Source: Pristiophorus japonicus
Taxonomy: Eukaryota
Direction of reading: 5' to 3'
Length of the DNA stretch: 64,000 bases
Assembly: GCF_044704955.1 (NCBI RefSeq)
Contig: NC_092001.1
Span: 19,778,001-19,842,000, forward strand
The notes below the pieces were generated by a model. That model was not told the DNA's origin, made no database searches, and worked only from the letters and a program-made list of their open reading frames with translations. Every line of letters starts with the position of its first letter. Position 1 is the stretch's first letter. The position numbers were made by a program, and so were the translations under genes. Positions 11,848-24,595 of the stretch are shown here, piece after piece.

Positions 11848-13446
11848 CTCGAAAAAAAGGGTATGCTTATTTCAAACCGTCATGTTGAAACCACGGGAAG
11901 CAACAACAGTAACTCACTCAAAGAGATGTGAGTAATTCCACTTACTGTAGTGAGTTATGTGTTTTTTCAGTTTATTTCTTCTGAGCTAAAAAAGGTTCCC
12001 CATTCTGGTCCAGATGCTTTCGGCCTTCTGCCTTCTTTGGATGATGCCCTCAATAATATTTCCGATCATTTATTCCACAGCTCGAAAGTTTCCCTGCCTT
12101 GTATTTAATGGGGCTCACTGTCCTCGCTCCGGTGATGCAAACCTTTACTCATCATACTGACCGATGTTGGAGCACAAACGCCGCCCTGTGACCTGTGTGT
12201 GGCAGGTTCCAGTACAGCTCATATAAAGTGGCCAGAAGTTCTATCCATGGCAGTGCTAAAATTTGGATCTGACTTGAACTTGACTGTGTACGGGCAATGG
12301 ACGGAACAGTGCCTGCCCTCACCACTCGCACCAACCATCAGATGCTCTGTATCATTTGACACCGCTTTGGCTGTCTCACTTATCGAGTAGAAATGTTTAC
12401 CGGAACATCGCAGCTTCCCCTCGGGGCAAAGAAGGAGCGGTGTTGGTCGGTTGTGGTTAAATACACCATTATTTGAAAAGTGTAAATTGAAGAAACTATA
12501 ATTTTACGATGAGATACCTGACCGGCAGTGCACAATATTGCCATTAGTGACAGTGGAAATGTTTCTGTGATATCCGTAACTTGACAACATTAAGGGAATT
12601 ACTATCAGAAATTTTAAAACAGGTCTTAAATTTTTTAAGTAAAATGTCACTCTGGTCACAGAAATCGTTAACTTATTTATGCATGAGATAAAATCTAAAA
12701 AAATGAACTTTCCCATTCATTGTTTTCACTAAAAGCTAAAGTTTGAATGCTTCCCCGTCACTCACAGGGAGGAGCCCGGACGATTATTGCACAAACATTT
12801 TGATTTGATTGAAAAAGAACAATTAGAAGCGAGAAGGTAATCAAAGGGTGGCGTTTGCACCCATCAAAACATAGAGTCACATAATTGGGTTCAGTCCATG
12901 GAGACAGTATACGTCTCCTCCTGTGACATTTAACACAGGTGGTACAGAAGGCTTGAATACTTGAAATGCTGCATCGTTACGCACATCGATTGCATGCGCC
13001 CATTGGTTACTTTTGTCATTTCATTCACTGCCAGCAACCATTTAGTGTTGTGCTAGATTTAAATCAGGAAGTGCAGACTGAAAAAAAACACCACTCAAAA
13101 GCTACTGCTCACATAGTGAACATAAGTAAACTCTCTCTTTAATATCTGCATATTTCCACTTAAAGATAGCCGACAATCACCAGTTGCCGTGCATTGAAAT
13201 TAGACAAATCCTAATCCTGCCCCTTCTTACCACTGATCCTCACATCGCTTGTGGCGGCGCACATATTGAGCGCTGATCATTTTGTCGGCCACTTACTGCC
13301 TGAGAGTTTGGGACGCATAAATTTATGTTCCTACGTTTGTTATAGCAAGAGGTATCTGATCGCAAGGGTGTGCCTTGTTCGGTGCTGGCTTTAGAACAAA
13401 GAACAAAGCACTGATTGTGTGATGGTATTAGAGGAACGCTCCTTAC

Positions 13447-13763
13447 CTTTCGGGCTGCTGATGGATCCCCTCACGGAGGATTGTGAAGGTAGATGTGAGG
13501 CGTCACAGATGTACGTTGATCCTTTCTTCCATTCCGCTGATGGTAAAACAAGCAGGCTCCTTGTGCTGAAGGTCAGTTCCTGCCCAAGAGCAGTGGGGAA
13601 ACGGGTACGTTCACGCTCAAAGCAGTTCCTTCTTTCTCCCAGGACACGGTGATGTTGTCAGCGTAGAATCCTCTGATCAAACATGTGAGGGTGGCGGCGC
13701 CCGTAGTTTGAATCTCGGCTGGTGAGGGAGGCAGGAGGCGGAGCTTTGGCCTCACGGGCTCCA
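13447..13763 (-). pseudogene. IgNAR: IgNAR C3 exon
   Basis: TTACAG/..EPVRPKLRLLPPSPAEIQTTGAATLTCLIRGFYADNITVSWEK.../FPTALGQELTFSTRSLLVLPSAEWKKGSTYICDASH...SSPK/GTAAG. One frameshift near 13602. Confidence 0.95.
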
Positions 13764-13836
13764 CTGTAACAGAAGTACAACAGTGTTAGTGTCCCATTCG
13801 CTGCCATTCGAAAACAAGCTATATATTGTGACCCAC

Positions 13837-14139
13837 CTTTTGCTTTTCCCATTCGTTTTGATATCGTAGCCGATGATTGACCCTCCTGTGCTAAACACAC
13901 GTACTCTACCCCAATCTCCCACTCTTTCACACTGGATGTCAAACGGCCAATTGTTCGGTACTAATCTCCATACTTAGTTGCTGGTTTGGTCAAAATTCCT
14001 TCAGTCCTCATCTTTCCCCCCACTGTCCAAGAGATCGAAACCTCAGTGGGAACTGTAGAGAGCACTTCACACACCAAGGTGGCAGTTCTATTGATCCAAA
14101 TTTCCTCCACAGAAGTGTCTTTGAGAAACACTGCGAGCT
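13837..14139 (-). pseudogene. IgNAR: IgNAR C2 exon
   Basis: ELAVFLKDTSVEEIWINRTATLVCEVLSTVPTEVSISWTV...GD*YRTIGRLTSSVKEWEIGVEYVCLAQ...KAK/GTGGGT. Stop at 13961-13963; 73-nt intron to C3. Confidence 0.95.
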
Positions 14140-14349
14140 CTGTCAGTGAGGAACCAGAGGTTCAGAATCGGGACAATGTTTTAGCGTTGTCAATTTCGGT
14201 AGTTGAACAAGAATTTTAATTTAATTGATAATTCATTCCATGCCAAGATGTGATCATACCTCTCTCTGAGTATTATTGAACATAAAATATCATTTTGGTG
14301 TTTCCATATATGTTGAGTCACATCATAACTTTGTAAAACTGATCTAAAG

Positions 14350-14600
14350 TGAGCGAGAGGCAGAGAATGAGGGAGACATCGTGAGACAGAGATATAGGGA
14401 GATACATAAAGATAGATAGATGGAGAGAAATGGATACAGACAGAAAGAGAGAGAATCAGAGATTGAGAGGCATTTTGTATTTGGTAGAGAGGGAGGAAGA
14501 CAGAGAGACAAAGGCACACATATGTAAATATATACATATATATGTGTGTGTTTGGGTGTGTGTCTATAGGTATATATATATATATATATGTGTGCATAAA
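14350..14600. repeat. GA-rich and (AT)n/(GT)n simple repeats
   Basis: gagagacagagatatag... and tatatatatata tracts. Confidence 0.8.
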
Positions 14601-14629
14601 AATTTATTTATACAAACAATGATATACTG

Positions 14630-15996
14630 GTAAAGTCTATCTGGTCCATCGAGTCTGTCCCACACAATTGCGATACATTGTGTATCATAACATATACATT
14701 CCACCCCACCAGAAAACATGTGATCTCCTGGGTGAGGAAGAGATAAAGGTAAAAAATTCAAGACAACAGAAGAAAAGCAATATGTGAAATTCCTCTCCGA
14801 CCATCTAGGCGATTTGTACTAGTGCAGGAGATAAATATGTCGTTGACTTCCCTGCCTTATGTAAGAATTGGTCCCCTCAACAGCCAGTAACAAATGCAGC
14901 CGTCGCTTGACGGAATTCAGCAATTCTGCATCCACCACATGAAACCTTGCGGCTAGTTCCATTCGGCTGCCATTCTCTGGGAAGAGAACACCTCCTGACT
15001 ACTAACCAATATCAAGCCCTACACAACTTAAATTTGTGACTCGTTTCCTGAATATCCTTTTTAATTGAAATAAACTTTCAGCTGGAATACCGCCTATTCC
15101 TTTCATTATCTTATAAACCACAATCAGAAACTACACCTCCAAATTATATGTAGCTCTAAGGTAAAGTATCGCAACTAGTTCAGCCCATATTTATAAATAC
15201 GATGTTTCTGACTTCTGCATTTTGTCCAGAGTCTCAAAATAACCAACATGTGAGAAGACCAAAAGTGGATACAGTATTCCAAGTGCGTCCTGACTAAGGT
15301 CTTGCACAAGGACAAAACATTTCACCTTGTCTTGTAATCAATTGCTCCATGGATACACTCCAACTCCCTATTTGCTCTAATTATTGTTGCAGGAATTACT
15401 CGTGTACATTTAAGGATGTAGGCACTAAAAGCACAAATGTCTTTCTCGCTCCACCATCTTAAATACCTTTCCATTCAGGTTCTATAAATTTTGAGTATTT
15501 GATCAGCTCACATGCATGATACTGCGCTTAAAAAAGTTAATTATAATTTTTCAGTGTTGAGACCAATCTCGCAACACATTAAGATCTGCGTGAAGCAGAC
15601 GAGCATCTTCTAGCACGCGCATTGATCTTGCTGTCATCTGTAATTGTGCAAATTGTGTCCCCAAACCCAAAATCCAAATCCTTAATAGAAATAGTAAAAC
15701 GCGACTTTTCCAGTACTGACCCCTGCGGGACACCACTCGTGACCACTCTGCAAACAGATCTGAATCCATCTCTCACTAATTTTAGCCATCGTCCTGCCAG
15801 ACAGTTCTGAATCGTACTCATTCCATTTCCAATTATACCAGAGCTTGCGACCTGATAGAGAAGCTTCTTATGCGGTACCTTATCCAAAGAATTTTAGAAA
15901 TCTACGCAGACAATTTCAACGGGGCTTTCCTCATCCACTAACTTTGTAATTTTTTTTAAATTTAAAAGATTTGAGAGACATAACCTTATTTTAATG
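14630..15996 (-). mobile_element. CR1 LINE (RT 3' half and 3'UTR), continuing at 17058-17150
   Basis: DKVPHKKLL, VTSGVPQGSVL, DDSK. The continuation at 17060-17150 reads GPVRDTPHSF..RSCLSNL. Confidence 0.75.
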
Positions 15997-15999
15997 GTC

Positions 16000-17040
16000 A
16001 GACTGCTGGGGCTGGTTTAATAAAATAAAGCTACAGCATTCGGAAACGTGCTGCTCACAATCTGCAAAACACTAACATGAAGACATGGGGAATCATTCAA
16101 AAGCTTCCACTCGAACTCGGAATATGTGCTGTGGGCGAGATAGGGTTCGCACACTGAACGTGTTACAGCGAATATACTAACTAACAATATACTTTAAAAA
16201 TGCAATGGACAGAAGCAGAGCTGTATCCGTAAAAGAGCCGATGAAATAATGCTGGCTGAAAGAATGGAACAGTCAGAGAAAAGAGGTGCTTCTCAAATTA
16301 CCACTGATGATGTTTTTTAAAAAGTTTGAGTGAAAACAATGATAAAACTATTTAAATCAATGAAAGAGAAAGACAGGAAATGGCGTGTTGGACAAAAACA
16401 TGTCATGGAACTCGACAACGCCTCTAAAAGCACGCATAGAATCTACGATCCTTGGCCAGGTTGAAATATGAAAAAAAGTTTTCTCTATGATAGTGGTGAT
16501 GTGAATAACAATGACAGAGGTATTAATAGCATTGCTTCACACGTTACTTTCAGCAAGAGGAGGCAAGGAATGAAATTAACCATAAAATCACCGTTGCCCA
16601 TCTCAGGGAACAAGGCTTAACGCTTGACATTCCACATTCATCCTTCCACTGGAGGGACTCAGCCATGTTAAATAGACAAGTTAATGCCTGGGCTAATGAA
16701 GCGGACAGATGTCAGTGGTTGGGCCTGTACTATCATAAGAAAAAAGTGGCAGGGATATCAGTGTTTAAACTGGAGAGTTCCAGTTGTTTGGGGAGGGAAT
16801 TCCCTGGTGGAACAATCCACATGGAGCCCTGTAATATAACCATTCGGCGTTTCTCGGCGCGCACATGATGGCTTTCTCAGAACGGCATTCCTTCCGGTAA
16901 GTGACGAGTTCTGTGTCTGCGAGGAAGCCCAAACCCCCAGCAAAGTTTCCAGCCCAATCTATACCTCACCGCCCCTTTCAAAGTCAGTGTTCTGCGATGT
17001 TGCTGCCTTTCACATTGTCGGTGTTTTACGCCAGGTTCAT
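16000..17040. repeat. ~1-kb segment, copy 2 (C1-C2 intron), homologous to 21170-22200
   Basis: Collinear shared blocks such as gctcacaatctgcaaa, tgatagtggtgatgt, gcttaacgcttgacattcca and gttgtttggggagggaattccctggtggaacaa. Confidence 0.85.
16795..16804. promoter_or_regulatory. NF-kB consensus palindrome GGGAATTCCC (copy 2)
   Basis: Perfect GGGRNNYYCC match, identical in both duplicated copies; function not shown. Confidence 0.4.
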
Positions 17041-18026
17041 TCCCAGGTGAGAACCAGCTTTGCAATTTTGTCAAAAAATTAAATAGATTTGAGAGACATG
17101 ACCTTATTATTATGAAGGAATGAGGGGTGTCCCTAACAGGTCCTTTCCTACATGTAAATATATACACAGAGATAGAGAGAGAGTTGGAGTGACAGAGAAA
17201 GGAATGAATTCTACAAAGTAGATGGTCCTTCGGTCTATGGCTGAGTATCTCGACTCGTTTTTTTTTCCTGGCCCTTACCCATGCCTTTTTGGAAACAGAA
17301 GGGCAGCTCATTGTTGAATGGTTTTGTGATCGTACCAGTCAGATTAATCTAATGACAGCTTTCTCTCACTGTCTATCTCCAACTCTGACTGTTATTTCTT
17401 TCTCGGTCCCTCTCTCATCCATTTCATTTCTGTACGGATATCCTGTATCGCATACAATGCACCCTCCAACGTTTAACGAGTAACAGAAACAAACTGATAC
17501 GGTTTGTTCCTCCTTGTCCAAGGTAGGCTATGTGTTTTGCCTGAATGTGATTTGGGGAAATAATTATATAGACTGTTTCATAATTCTGTATAAATTGTTT
17601 GTAATTTCATTAAAGTTTACGATCGATGTGTTTGTTGACCATAGCATACTGTTAATGTACGTGTTAACACATCAAAAAATACCCTTTGTATCCTCCGCTG
17701 CATAGAGAACACCTTCACGTACCTCAACATAAAATGCTAGAATGATACCGCACTGATGGAAGACATTCGGTCCATCGTGCCTGTGCTGGTTATTTGAAAG
17801 AACACCTTCAGTTACCTCCGCCATTGCGTCTAAAACATTCCAAACTAGCTTTAATGTAGTATTGCACTGTGCAATAAATTCTCACCGATCTTACTAAGGT
17901 CCCGTTTAGGGATGTTTGATCCTCATCGATAAATGATCACAATAACTTCCCACCTGATTCAATACTGGTAAAGGAATTGAGAATGTTTCACCTATACAGC
18001 CGTGTGAATTGGTTACATTGGCTCAC

Positions 18027-18348
18027 CTGATGTTGATCGAATTTCTTTCCGCTGGTTACTTTTGGTTGGCGGGTGGGAGGCATGACAGCTGTACAGGGAA
18101 CCGCTGGCACATTCCTGCAGGGGAACCTTTAAGGAGGCTCGTGGAGCTAAAGACTCCGTTGGAATTCTTAGCTTGTGATGAGGTGGTAAAGCCAGACTGT
18201 AATGCGTTTCCGTTCTTTTCTCAGCTTATTGCAATGCTTTTTGGCTGGTATTCGCTGACGAGGCAGACCAGTTGCACAAAACCCTTTGCTCTCAGTTCGT
18301 CAGTTGCAGAGTGGAGGAGACTGCTGATTGGTGGAGTAGGTTGCACTG
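18027..18348 (-). pseudogene. IgNAR: IgNAR C1 exon
   Basis: AVQPTPPISSLLHSATDELRAKGFVQLVCLVSEYQPKSIAIS*EKNG...SGFTTS...STSLLK/VPLQECASGSLYSCHASH...NQRKEIRSTS/GTGAG. The conserved Trp is TGA (18221-18223) and there is a +1 frameshift. Confidence 0.95.
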
Positions 18349-18429
18349 CTAAAATTGCAAAGAATGACTTACTCTCTCTCTCTATATAATGACGGATAGA
18401 CAGCTTCTCACACTGGACAATATTATCCT

Positions 18430-18620
18430 TCAATCAATATATAAAACAGATGATCTGTTCATTATCACTTTGTTGTTTGTAGGACCTTGCTGTGCACAAA
18501 TTGGGTGGCAGTTTTCCTCCGTTAGAAAAGTGACTGCACTTCAAAAAATACTTAATTGGCTGTAACTGGCTTTGGAGCATCCCTAGGACATAAACGCGCT
18601 ATATATATGCAAGTCTTTCT
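18430..18620 (+). mobile_element. Deu-domain SINE 3' part (similar pieces at ~25890-26030 and ~28760-28860)
   Basis: ggaccttgctgtgcacaaattg...gtgactgcacttcaaaa..tacttaattggctgtaa...gcgctatatatatgcaagtctttctt. Confidence 0.6.
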
Positions 18621-18889
18621 TATTTTTTATATTTTATGTCTGTGGTTAATTACCGTTTATTTTACTTCACTTAACGGTGCTTTGAAATTTGACGCCAGCT
18701 TTAATATATATTTACTAAATGGCCGATAATAATTTGTTTGTTTCGCAGCCAATCGCTCGGAAGAATTTAACACATGTGGATGACATATCATAGAGACGTT
18801 ATAAAATTAACTGCGTAATAAATGTCACTGATCCGTTCACATTCACAAATATATTATTGATTTTTGAGTAACAGTTTGGTGAAACTTAT

Positions 18890-19960
18890 AAGAACACAAG
18901 ATTAAAGGAACATAAGGCATAGGTGCATGAGTGGGGCATAAGACCCTGTAGCCCGCTCCACCATTCAATATCATAGTTGATCATCAACCTCAACTCCACT
19001 TTCCCGTCCGATATCCCCTCGACTCTAAAAATCTACGTATCTCAGCCTTGAATATATTCAGAGACGCAGCATCCACATTCGTCTCGGGTCCAGAATTCCA
19101 AAGATTCACTTCCCTCTGTGTGAAGCAATTCCTCCTCGAATCTCTCTTAAATGGCCTCCCGCTTGCACTGAGACAGTGCCCCCGAGTTCGAGACACTCCA
19201 GCTCGAGGCACGAATCTCTCACCAGTTATCCTGTCAATCCTTGTAATAATATTGCACGTTTCGATAAGGTCAGTTCTCAGTCTTCTAAACTACAGAAAGT
19301 ACAGGCCCGTTCGAGACAATTCCTCTTCATTTGATAATACTCTCAACCCAGGAATCAATCTAATGAACATATATTGCACCACCTCCAAGGCATCTATACC
19401 CTTCTTTAGATAAGGAGATCAAAACACCACACATTACTCCATGTATGCTCTCACTTAGGCATTGTACAATTTCAGCAAGACTTCCTTACTCTGATGCTGC
19501 ATCCCCTTACAATAAAGGGCAAGATGCCATTTGCCTTCATTATTGCTTGTTCTGCCTGCTTGCTAGCGTTCTGTGTTTCTTGCACAAAGACACACATAAC
19601 TCTCTTAACACCAACTTTTAAAGATTTCTCAGCATCAAAAAATTGTTTTGTTATTCTTCCTACCAAATTGAAAAACGTCACATTTCCCCACGCACTGATT
19701 CTATCTGTATCCCTTTGCAGAAGGTTTGTGTTCTCACATCTAACTGTTCGACTTAGCTTTGAATCCTCTGAAAACTTAGATATATTACACTCAGTCTCTT
19801 CATCTAGGTCATTAATATAGATTGTAATTAGTTGAGGCCCAAGCACTGACCTTGTGGCACCCCACTAGTTATAGTCTGACGAGCTGAAAAATAACCCGTC
19901 TATCCCTAATCTCTATTTTTGGTCCGTTAACGAATCCTCTATTCTTGCTAGTACACAAAC
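18890..19960 (-). mobile_element. CR1 LINE 3' fragment
   Basis: LGPQLITIYINDLDEETECNISKFSEDSK; SRTRGHCL...RRNCFTQREVNLWNS. Confidence 0.85.
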
Positions 19961-20019
19961 TCCAATGCAAATAGATAATCTAGATTAAGCTTATCAAAAG
20001 GCATCATAACTTTCTGCCC

Positions 20020-20740
20020 CTTAGTTGTTTCTCATGAAAAGAGACCGTATTTCGCTTTGTTCCCGAACTACCGAAACCTTCCTCCTCTTTGACCACAGTC
20101 TGAGGTTGAACCAGGCTGTTCGTAACCTTCACCTCCCACATAACTTTGGGCTGAGTTTCCGACACCATATCCTCGCCATCTCCAAGTGCGCCTACTTCCA
20201 CCACCATTACATTGCCCGATTCCGCCCCACCTCAGCCCATCTGCTGCTGAAACCCTCACCCCTGCCTTTGTTATCTCTCGACTCGACCATTGCAAAATTC
20301 TGCTGGGCGGCCGCCCATTACTTCACTCCATAAAGTTGAGTTGATGCAAAATTCTGCTGTCCATACCTTAACACACACCAAGTCCCGTGCACCCACCACC
20401 ACTGTTCGCGCGGACCAAAATGGCTCCCAGTTGAGCAACACTTCCAATTTAAAGTTCTTATACTTGTGATATCTCTATCAGTTCCGAAAACCCTTAAGTC
20501 ATTTGAGATAGTTGCACTGTTCAAATTCTGGCCTCTTGTACAATCCCGATTTCCATCGCTCCACCACTGGATGCCACGCCTTCGGCTACCTGAGCCCTAA
20601 GCTGCACAATTTGCTCCGTAAACCTTTACACCACTCTTCTGCCTATTCTCCTTTAAGACACTCCGTAAATCCAACCTATTTTCAAGATTTCGGTCACCCG
20701 CACCCCAATTTAAGTTAAAGTTGCGATATAAATGCAAGTC
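20020..20740 (+). mobile_element. L2 LINE 3' fragment
   Basis: LRLNQAVRNL...LSFRHHI; HAFGYLSPKLHNLL; gcgatataaatgcaagt tail. Confidence 0.7.
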
Positions 20741-21169
20741 ATTCTGGCTGACTTGATGAATGTGTTTGTATCTTTAACGTTGCTGAATAATTTGTGTTAT
20801 ATTCGAGAATAATTTCAACTGTACGGCGCAGAAACTAAATTCGGGCTTACAACCATTGTAGGTAATACAAATTGTGGAGCTTTGGGGAGCGGATCGGTGA
20901 AAAATGATTGTGCAAATTTGTTCAAAACCAGTTCAACGGGTAAAGCGCGGATCTGTTTGAGCCTGTTGCAAGTGATGAAGAAATAAATTATGGAGCAAAA
21001 TTTGCCTTTCTGCATTTCAAGCACAGATCAGGAAAACATATCAGGAAATGGTACAATCCTAGCGCTAGCATTATCAATGGACTGAGAACGAGGTGCTGGG
21101 TGTGCATTGTTTCCCGTCCGTTTCAAAGAAAGACAGCGAGATACAGAGCAGAGTGGTTTGGTGGGAGTT

Positions 21170-22200
21170 CAGAATGTTGGGGCTGGTTTTATAAAATCAG
21201 GCATCAACAGTCTGGAATGTGCTGCTCGCAATCTGCAAACCACTTAAATGAAGAAATGGAGAATCATTGCTCAGCTTTCTCCCGAATTCACTAAATGTAT
21301 CTGTGGGCCAGAGGGCTTTCGTTTCATGAACGTGTTACATTGAATATACATAACACCACATATACTTTAAAAATGCAAGGGCCAAACAGAGACAGGGCTG
21401 GTGCTGTGTGCATGCAAGAGCCGACAAAATAATGGTAGCTGATAAAATGGAACAGCCATAGAAGCTAGGTGAATCACATATTACCACTGATGACATTGTA
21501 CAAAATCTTGAGTGAAACATGAAACATGGAAAGAGGAATTCATGAAATAGCGAATTCGAAGCAAACAAGTCATTTAGCTCAGCAACGATGATAAATGCAA
21601 GCATTGAATTCACAATCCTTGGCCAAGTTGAATGATGATACAAAATGATTTCTCAATGATAGTGGTGATGTAAATACCATTGACAGAGGCATTAATAGCA
21701 TAGCTTCACTCGTTGTGTTCAGTAAGTGGAGGCAAGGAAGGAAATTAATCCTAAAATCACCATTGCCCATCTGAGGGAACCAAGCTTAACGCTTGACATT
21801 CCAAAGTCACTGTTCCACGAGAGGGGCTAAGCCATGTTAAATGGACAATGTAACGTCTGGACGACTGCACTGGGAAGTGTAAAGTAGTTGGCCCTTTAAT
21901 ATCACTACAGAAAGGTGGCAGTTTTAGCGATGTTTACACGGGGAGTTGTTTGGGGAGGGAATTCCCTGGTGGAACAAACCATATTGAACCGCGTAATAGA
22001 TTCAATCTGCATTTTTCGGCGCGCATTTCCTGATGTCTTTCGAACGGGGATCCTTTTGATTAGGGACATCTTCTGTCTCTGAGAAGAAAACCTAAACAGC
22101 TGCAATGTTTCTCGTCCAGTCTGCATCTCAATACCCACTTCAAAGACAGCGTTCTGCTTATGTTGCTGACTGCCATATTTTGGGAATTTAAGCCAGGCAT
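21170..22200. repeat. ~1-kb segment, copy 1 (J-C1 intron); candidate intronic enhancer region
   Basis: Homologous to 16000-17040; contains GGGAATTCCC at 21957-21966 and tttcggcgcgca. Confidence 0.8.
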
Positions 22201-23094
22201 GGGCGCAGGTCAGGGAGCACAATGCTGAACTGACCTGTCAACCGTTATGATTCGCGTGTACTTTCTCCTCGGGACATAGTGTGGAGCAGCTTGAACTGAC
22301 CTGGAAGTGTTTGGTGGGTTGGTGTAGATCCAATTTAACGTTGTTTCACGCGATGCGATTTTCAAGGTACTTATTGTAGCAGACTTGCTAACGCTTGCTA
22401 CTCGTGTTTGTGGGCTCCTTCCATTATTGACTGCTTCACAGAGAAAAATGTAGTCTTTGACGCGCTGTTTATATTTTGCTATATTTTACTTAATTTATTT
22501 GAAGAAGCAATCTGTTTATTTAGAATCTGCGTATTGGTCTGTTTGACAGTACATTCAGTCAGTATTTCAACGAGAGGAAAGTCCCAAAACTGCTGTGCAG
22601 ATTATAGATTTGTTGTTGCCATCCCATGGTCTGGGTACCGCTTGCCTGGAGATTGGATTAGGTAATATTTGTTACAGCGGAACTGGTTCAATCTTACACA
22701 AAAAAACCATTTGTTAACACAAATATGGTTGTCTCTGTAAAAAGTCTTCCACAGAATAACAGCTCTGTCACTGAAGTGTGCGCCGTTAATCCAGATCCAC
22801 AAATGACAAGACTCAAGGGACAGCATATTTGCACGTCTGTGCTGATAATAATTTAGCAGTTATTGTTTTATATAATTCAAATAATATACGAAATAAAATG
22901 TTGCATTCAATCCATGTCTGCAATAAACATTTATCAACCCAGAAATATATTTCATCTTCGAATTAGAAATACTGCATATCAGGTTTATACTGGGATATAT
23001 CAGTCGGGAGTACTTTCAACTGGTCGGATCCGTTTTTACTATTTAAACTATTACAATCTTTTTGGATAAACATCTTAAATGCTCAATGCGGTCT

Positions 23095-23550
23095 TATTTG
23101 GGCGTAAGTTATATGTTAAAATATTGGTTAATTTGGAGGAAATTTATATATTTAAATACAGGTTTGTTTGGAGTTTCGTTATAAATTTAAATACAGGTTT
23201 GTTTCGAGGAAAATTATATATTTAAATACAGGTTTATTTGGAGTTGTGTTATGTATTTAAATACAGGTTTGTTTGGAGGACAGTTATTATTTAAATACAG
23301 CTTTGTTTGGAGAACAGTTATATATTTAAATATATGTTTAATTGGCGATAAGTTAGGTTTGTATATATAGGTGTGTTTTGAGTTAAGTTATATATTTAAA
23401 TATAGGTCTGATTGGAGGTAAGTAATATACTTAAACAAAGGTTTATTTTGGATAATTTATATATTTTATTGTAGGTCTGTTTGGGGAGAGTTATATATTA
23501 AATACAGATTTGTTTGGAGCCAAGTTATATAATTAAATACAGATTAATTT
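23095..23550. repeat. AT-rich ~33-bp minisatellite in J-C1 intron
   Basis: About 13-14 units of atttaaatacaggtttgtttggagga(c)agttatat. Confidence 0.85.
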
Positions 23551-23745
23551 TATTATTGGTAAAAATCTCCATTGAAAAAGATTTTAAGTTTTTGCCAAAT
23601 AAGCTGACAGCGAACTTAGCCAAGGCAGCAAACGAGCTTCAGATATTGGGTTATGCATTTCAGACCATTTTAACCAGAACACTTTTCCTTGATATCCTCC
23701 ATGAACAAAACCTTAGCAGTAAAAGTAACAAGATCGGGCACTTAC

Positions 23746-23793
23746 CAGCTTTCACAGTCAGCGTGGTGCCAGCTCCGTACTCATCCTACTAGC
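23746..23793 (-). pseudogene. IgNAR: IgNAR J segment
   Basis: **DEYGAGTTLTVKA G/GTAAGT. The GxG motif is intact, but two in-frame TAG codons lie at the 5' end. Confidence 0.93.
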
Positions 23794-23832
23794 CACAGTA
23801 AGTCAGCTCCTAGTCAGCGCAGGTAAAAAAGC
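23794..23832 (-). other. J recombination signal sequence (23-bp spacer)
   Basis: GCTTTTTTA - 23 nt - TACTGTG immediately 5' of J. Confidence 0.75.
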
Positions 23833-24132
23833 GTCATTGAAGCAAAGGTCCGATAATACGTATACCAAAACAACTAGGCTCAAAGGAACTTGCTGAAAAA
23901 TTAGAGTCAGTCATACATTTCAATTTCGGCCAATTTCAATCTATGTCGAGATATATTATGTGCAGTGCGAAATCCTGTAAGAGTGAAGAATAAAATCCAT
24001 CTGGGAATTCGGATATATTTAAACCAAATGACGGATTGGAATTGATTACTAACTTTATGCAGTAACAACCTTTAATAAGAAGCACATTGTACAGCCACCG
24101 TCACGAGTAGGAAACCAGATAACTGTTGGTGA

Positions 24133-24200
24133 GGTTTGTGCTATGGGCCGAGTCACTGTGCCACCCCATAGACACATAATTTCACATCAGCACAAGAACT
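24133..24200 (-). other. IgNAR: J-proximal D segment (24161-24172, TCTATGGGGTGG) with 12/12 RSSs
   Basis: Plus strand: GGTTTGTGC-12-CACTGTG [D] CACATAA-12-ACAAGAACT. Confidence 0.85.
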
Positions 24201-24550
24201 CCATTGTTGCAAACATCACAGAAATTCCTTCATATTCCAACATATTGATTGAAAGTTGCAGTAAATATGGTTCAAATCATTGCTTTATATTGGGTTCTCT
24301 ATAAAGAGTTATATTTAACAGCCGCTCATAAAGATCCTCGAAAGAATTCATTGTGCACTACGATTATGATTTAACATTTAGACAAAAATCACATAACTGA
24401 AAAGAGAAAACACTTTAAAGATATAATCTAGTGTCTGACACAGGCAATGTGTATTTAATCAGGACGTTATTAGCCACCGTGAGAATAACCTGTATTAATA
24501 TTCTATTAAGTCGTGTGGGGACAGCTTATTTATTGCGAGGATACTACATT

Positions 24551-24595
24551 CAATGTATAACCACTCGCACAGTGACAGAGAGCAGTACAAAAAGG
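24551..24595 (-). other. IgNAR: V-proximal D segment (~24558-24567, CGAGTGGTTA) with intact 5' 12-RSS and damaged 3' RSS
   Basis: Plus strand: CACAGTG-12-ACAAAAAGG at 24568-24595. The other heptamer reads TACATTG on the minus strand, with no nonamer at 22-23 nt. Confidence 0.75.

Noticed and set aside
12150-12450. Possible extra Ig exon in the C3-C4 intron (RPTPLLLCPEGKLRCSGKHFY...)
   Set aside because: No conserved Trp or Y.C motif and no convincing splice sites
24349-24390. CATTGTG-CACTACG...ACAAAAATC as a third D or a signal joint
   Set aside because: The spacer is 19 nt, the second heptamer is poor, and there is no nonamer on the other side
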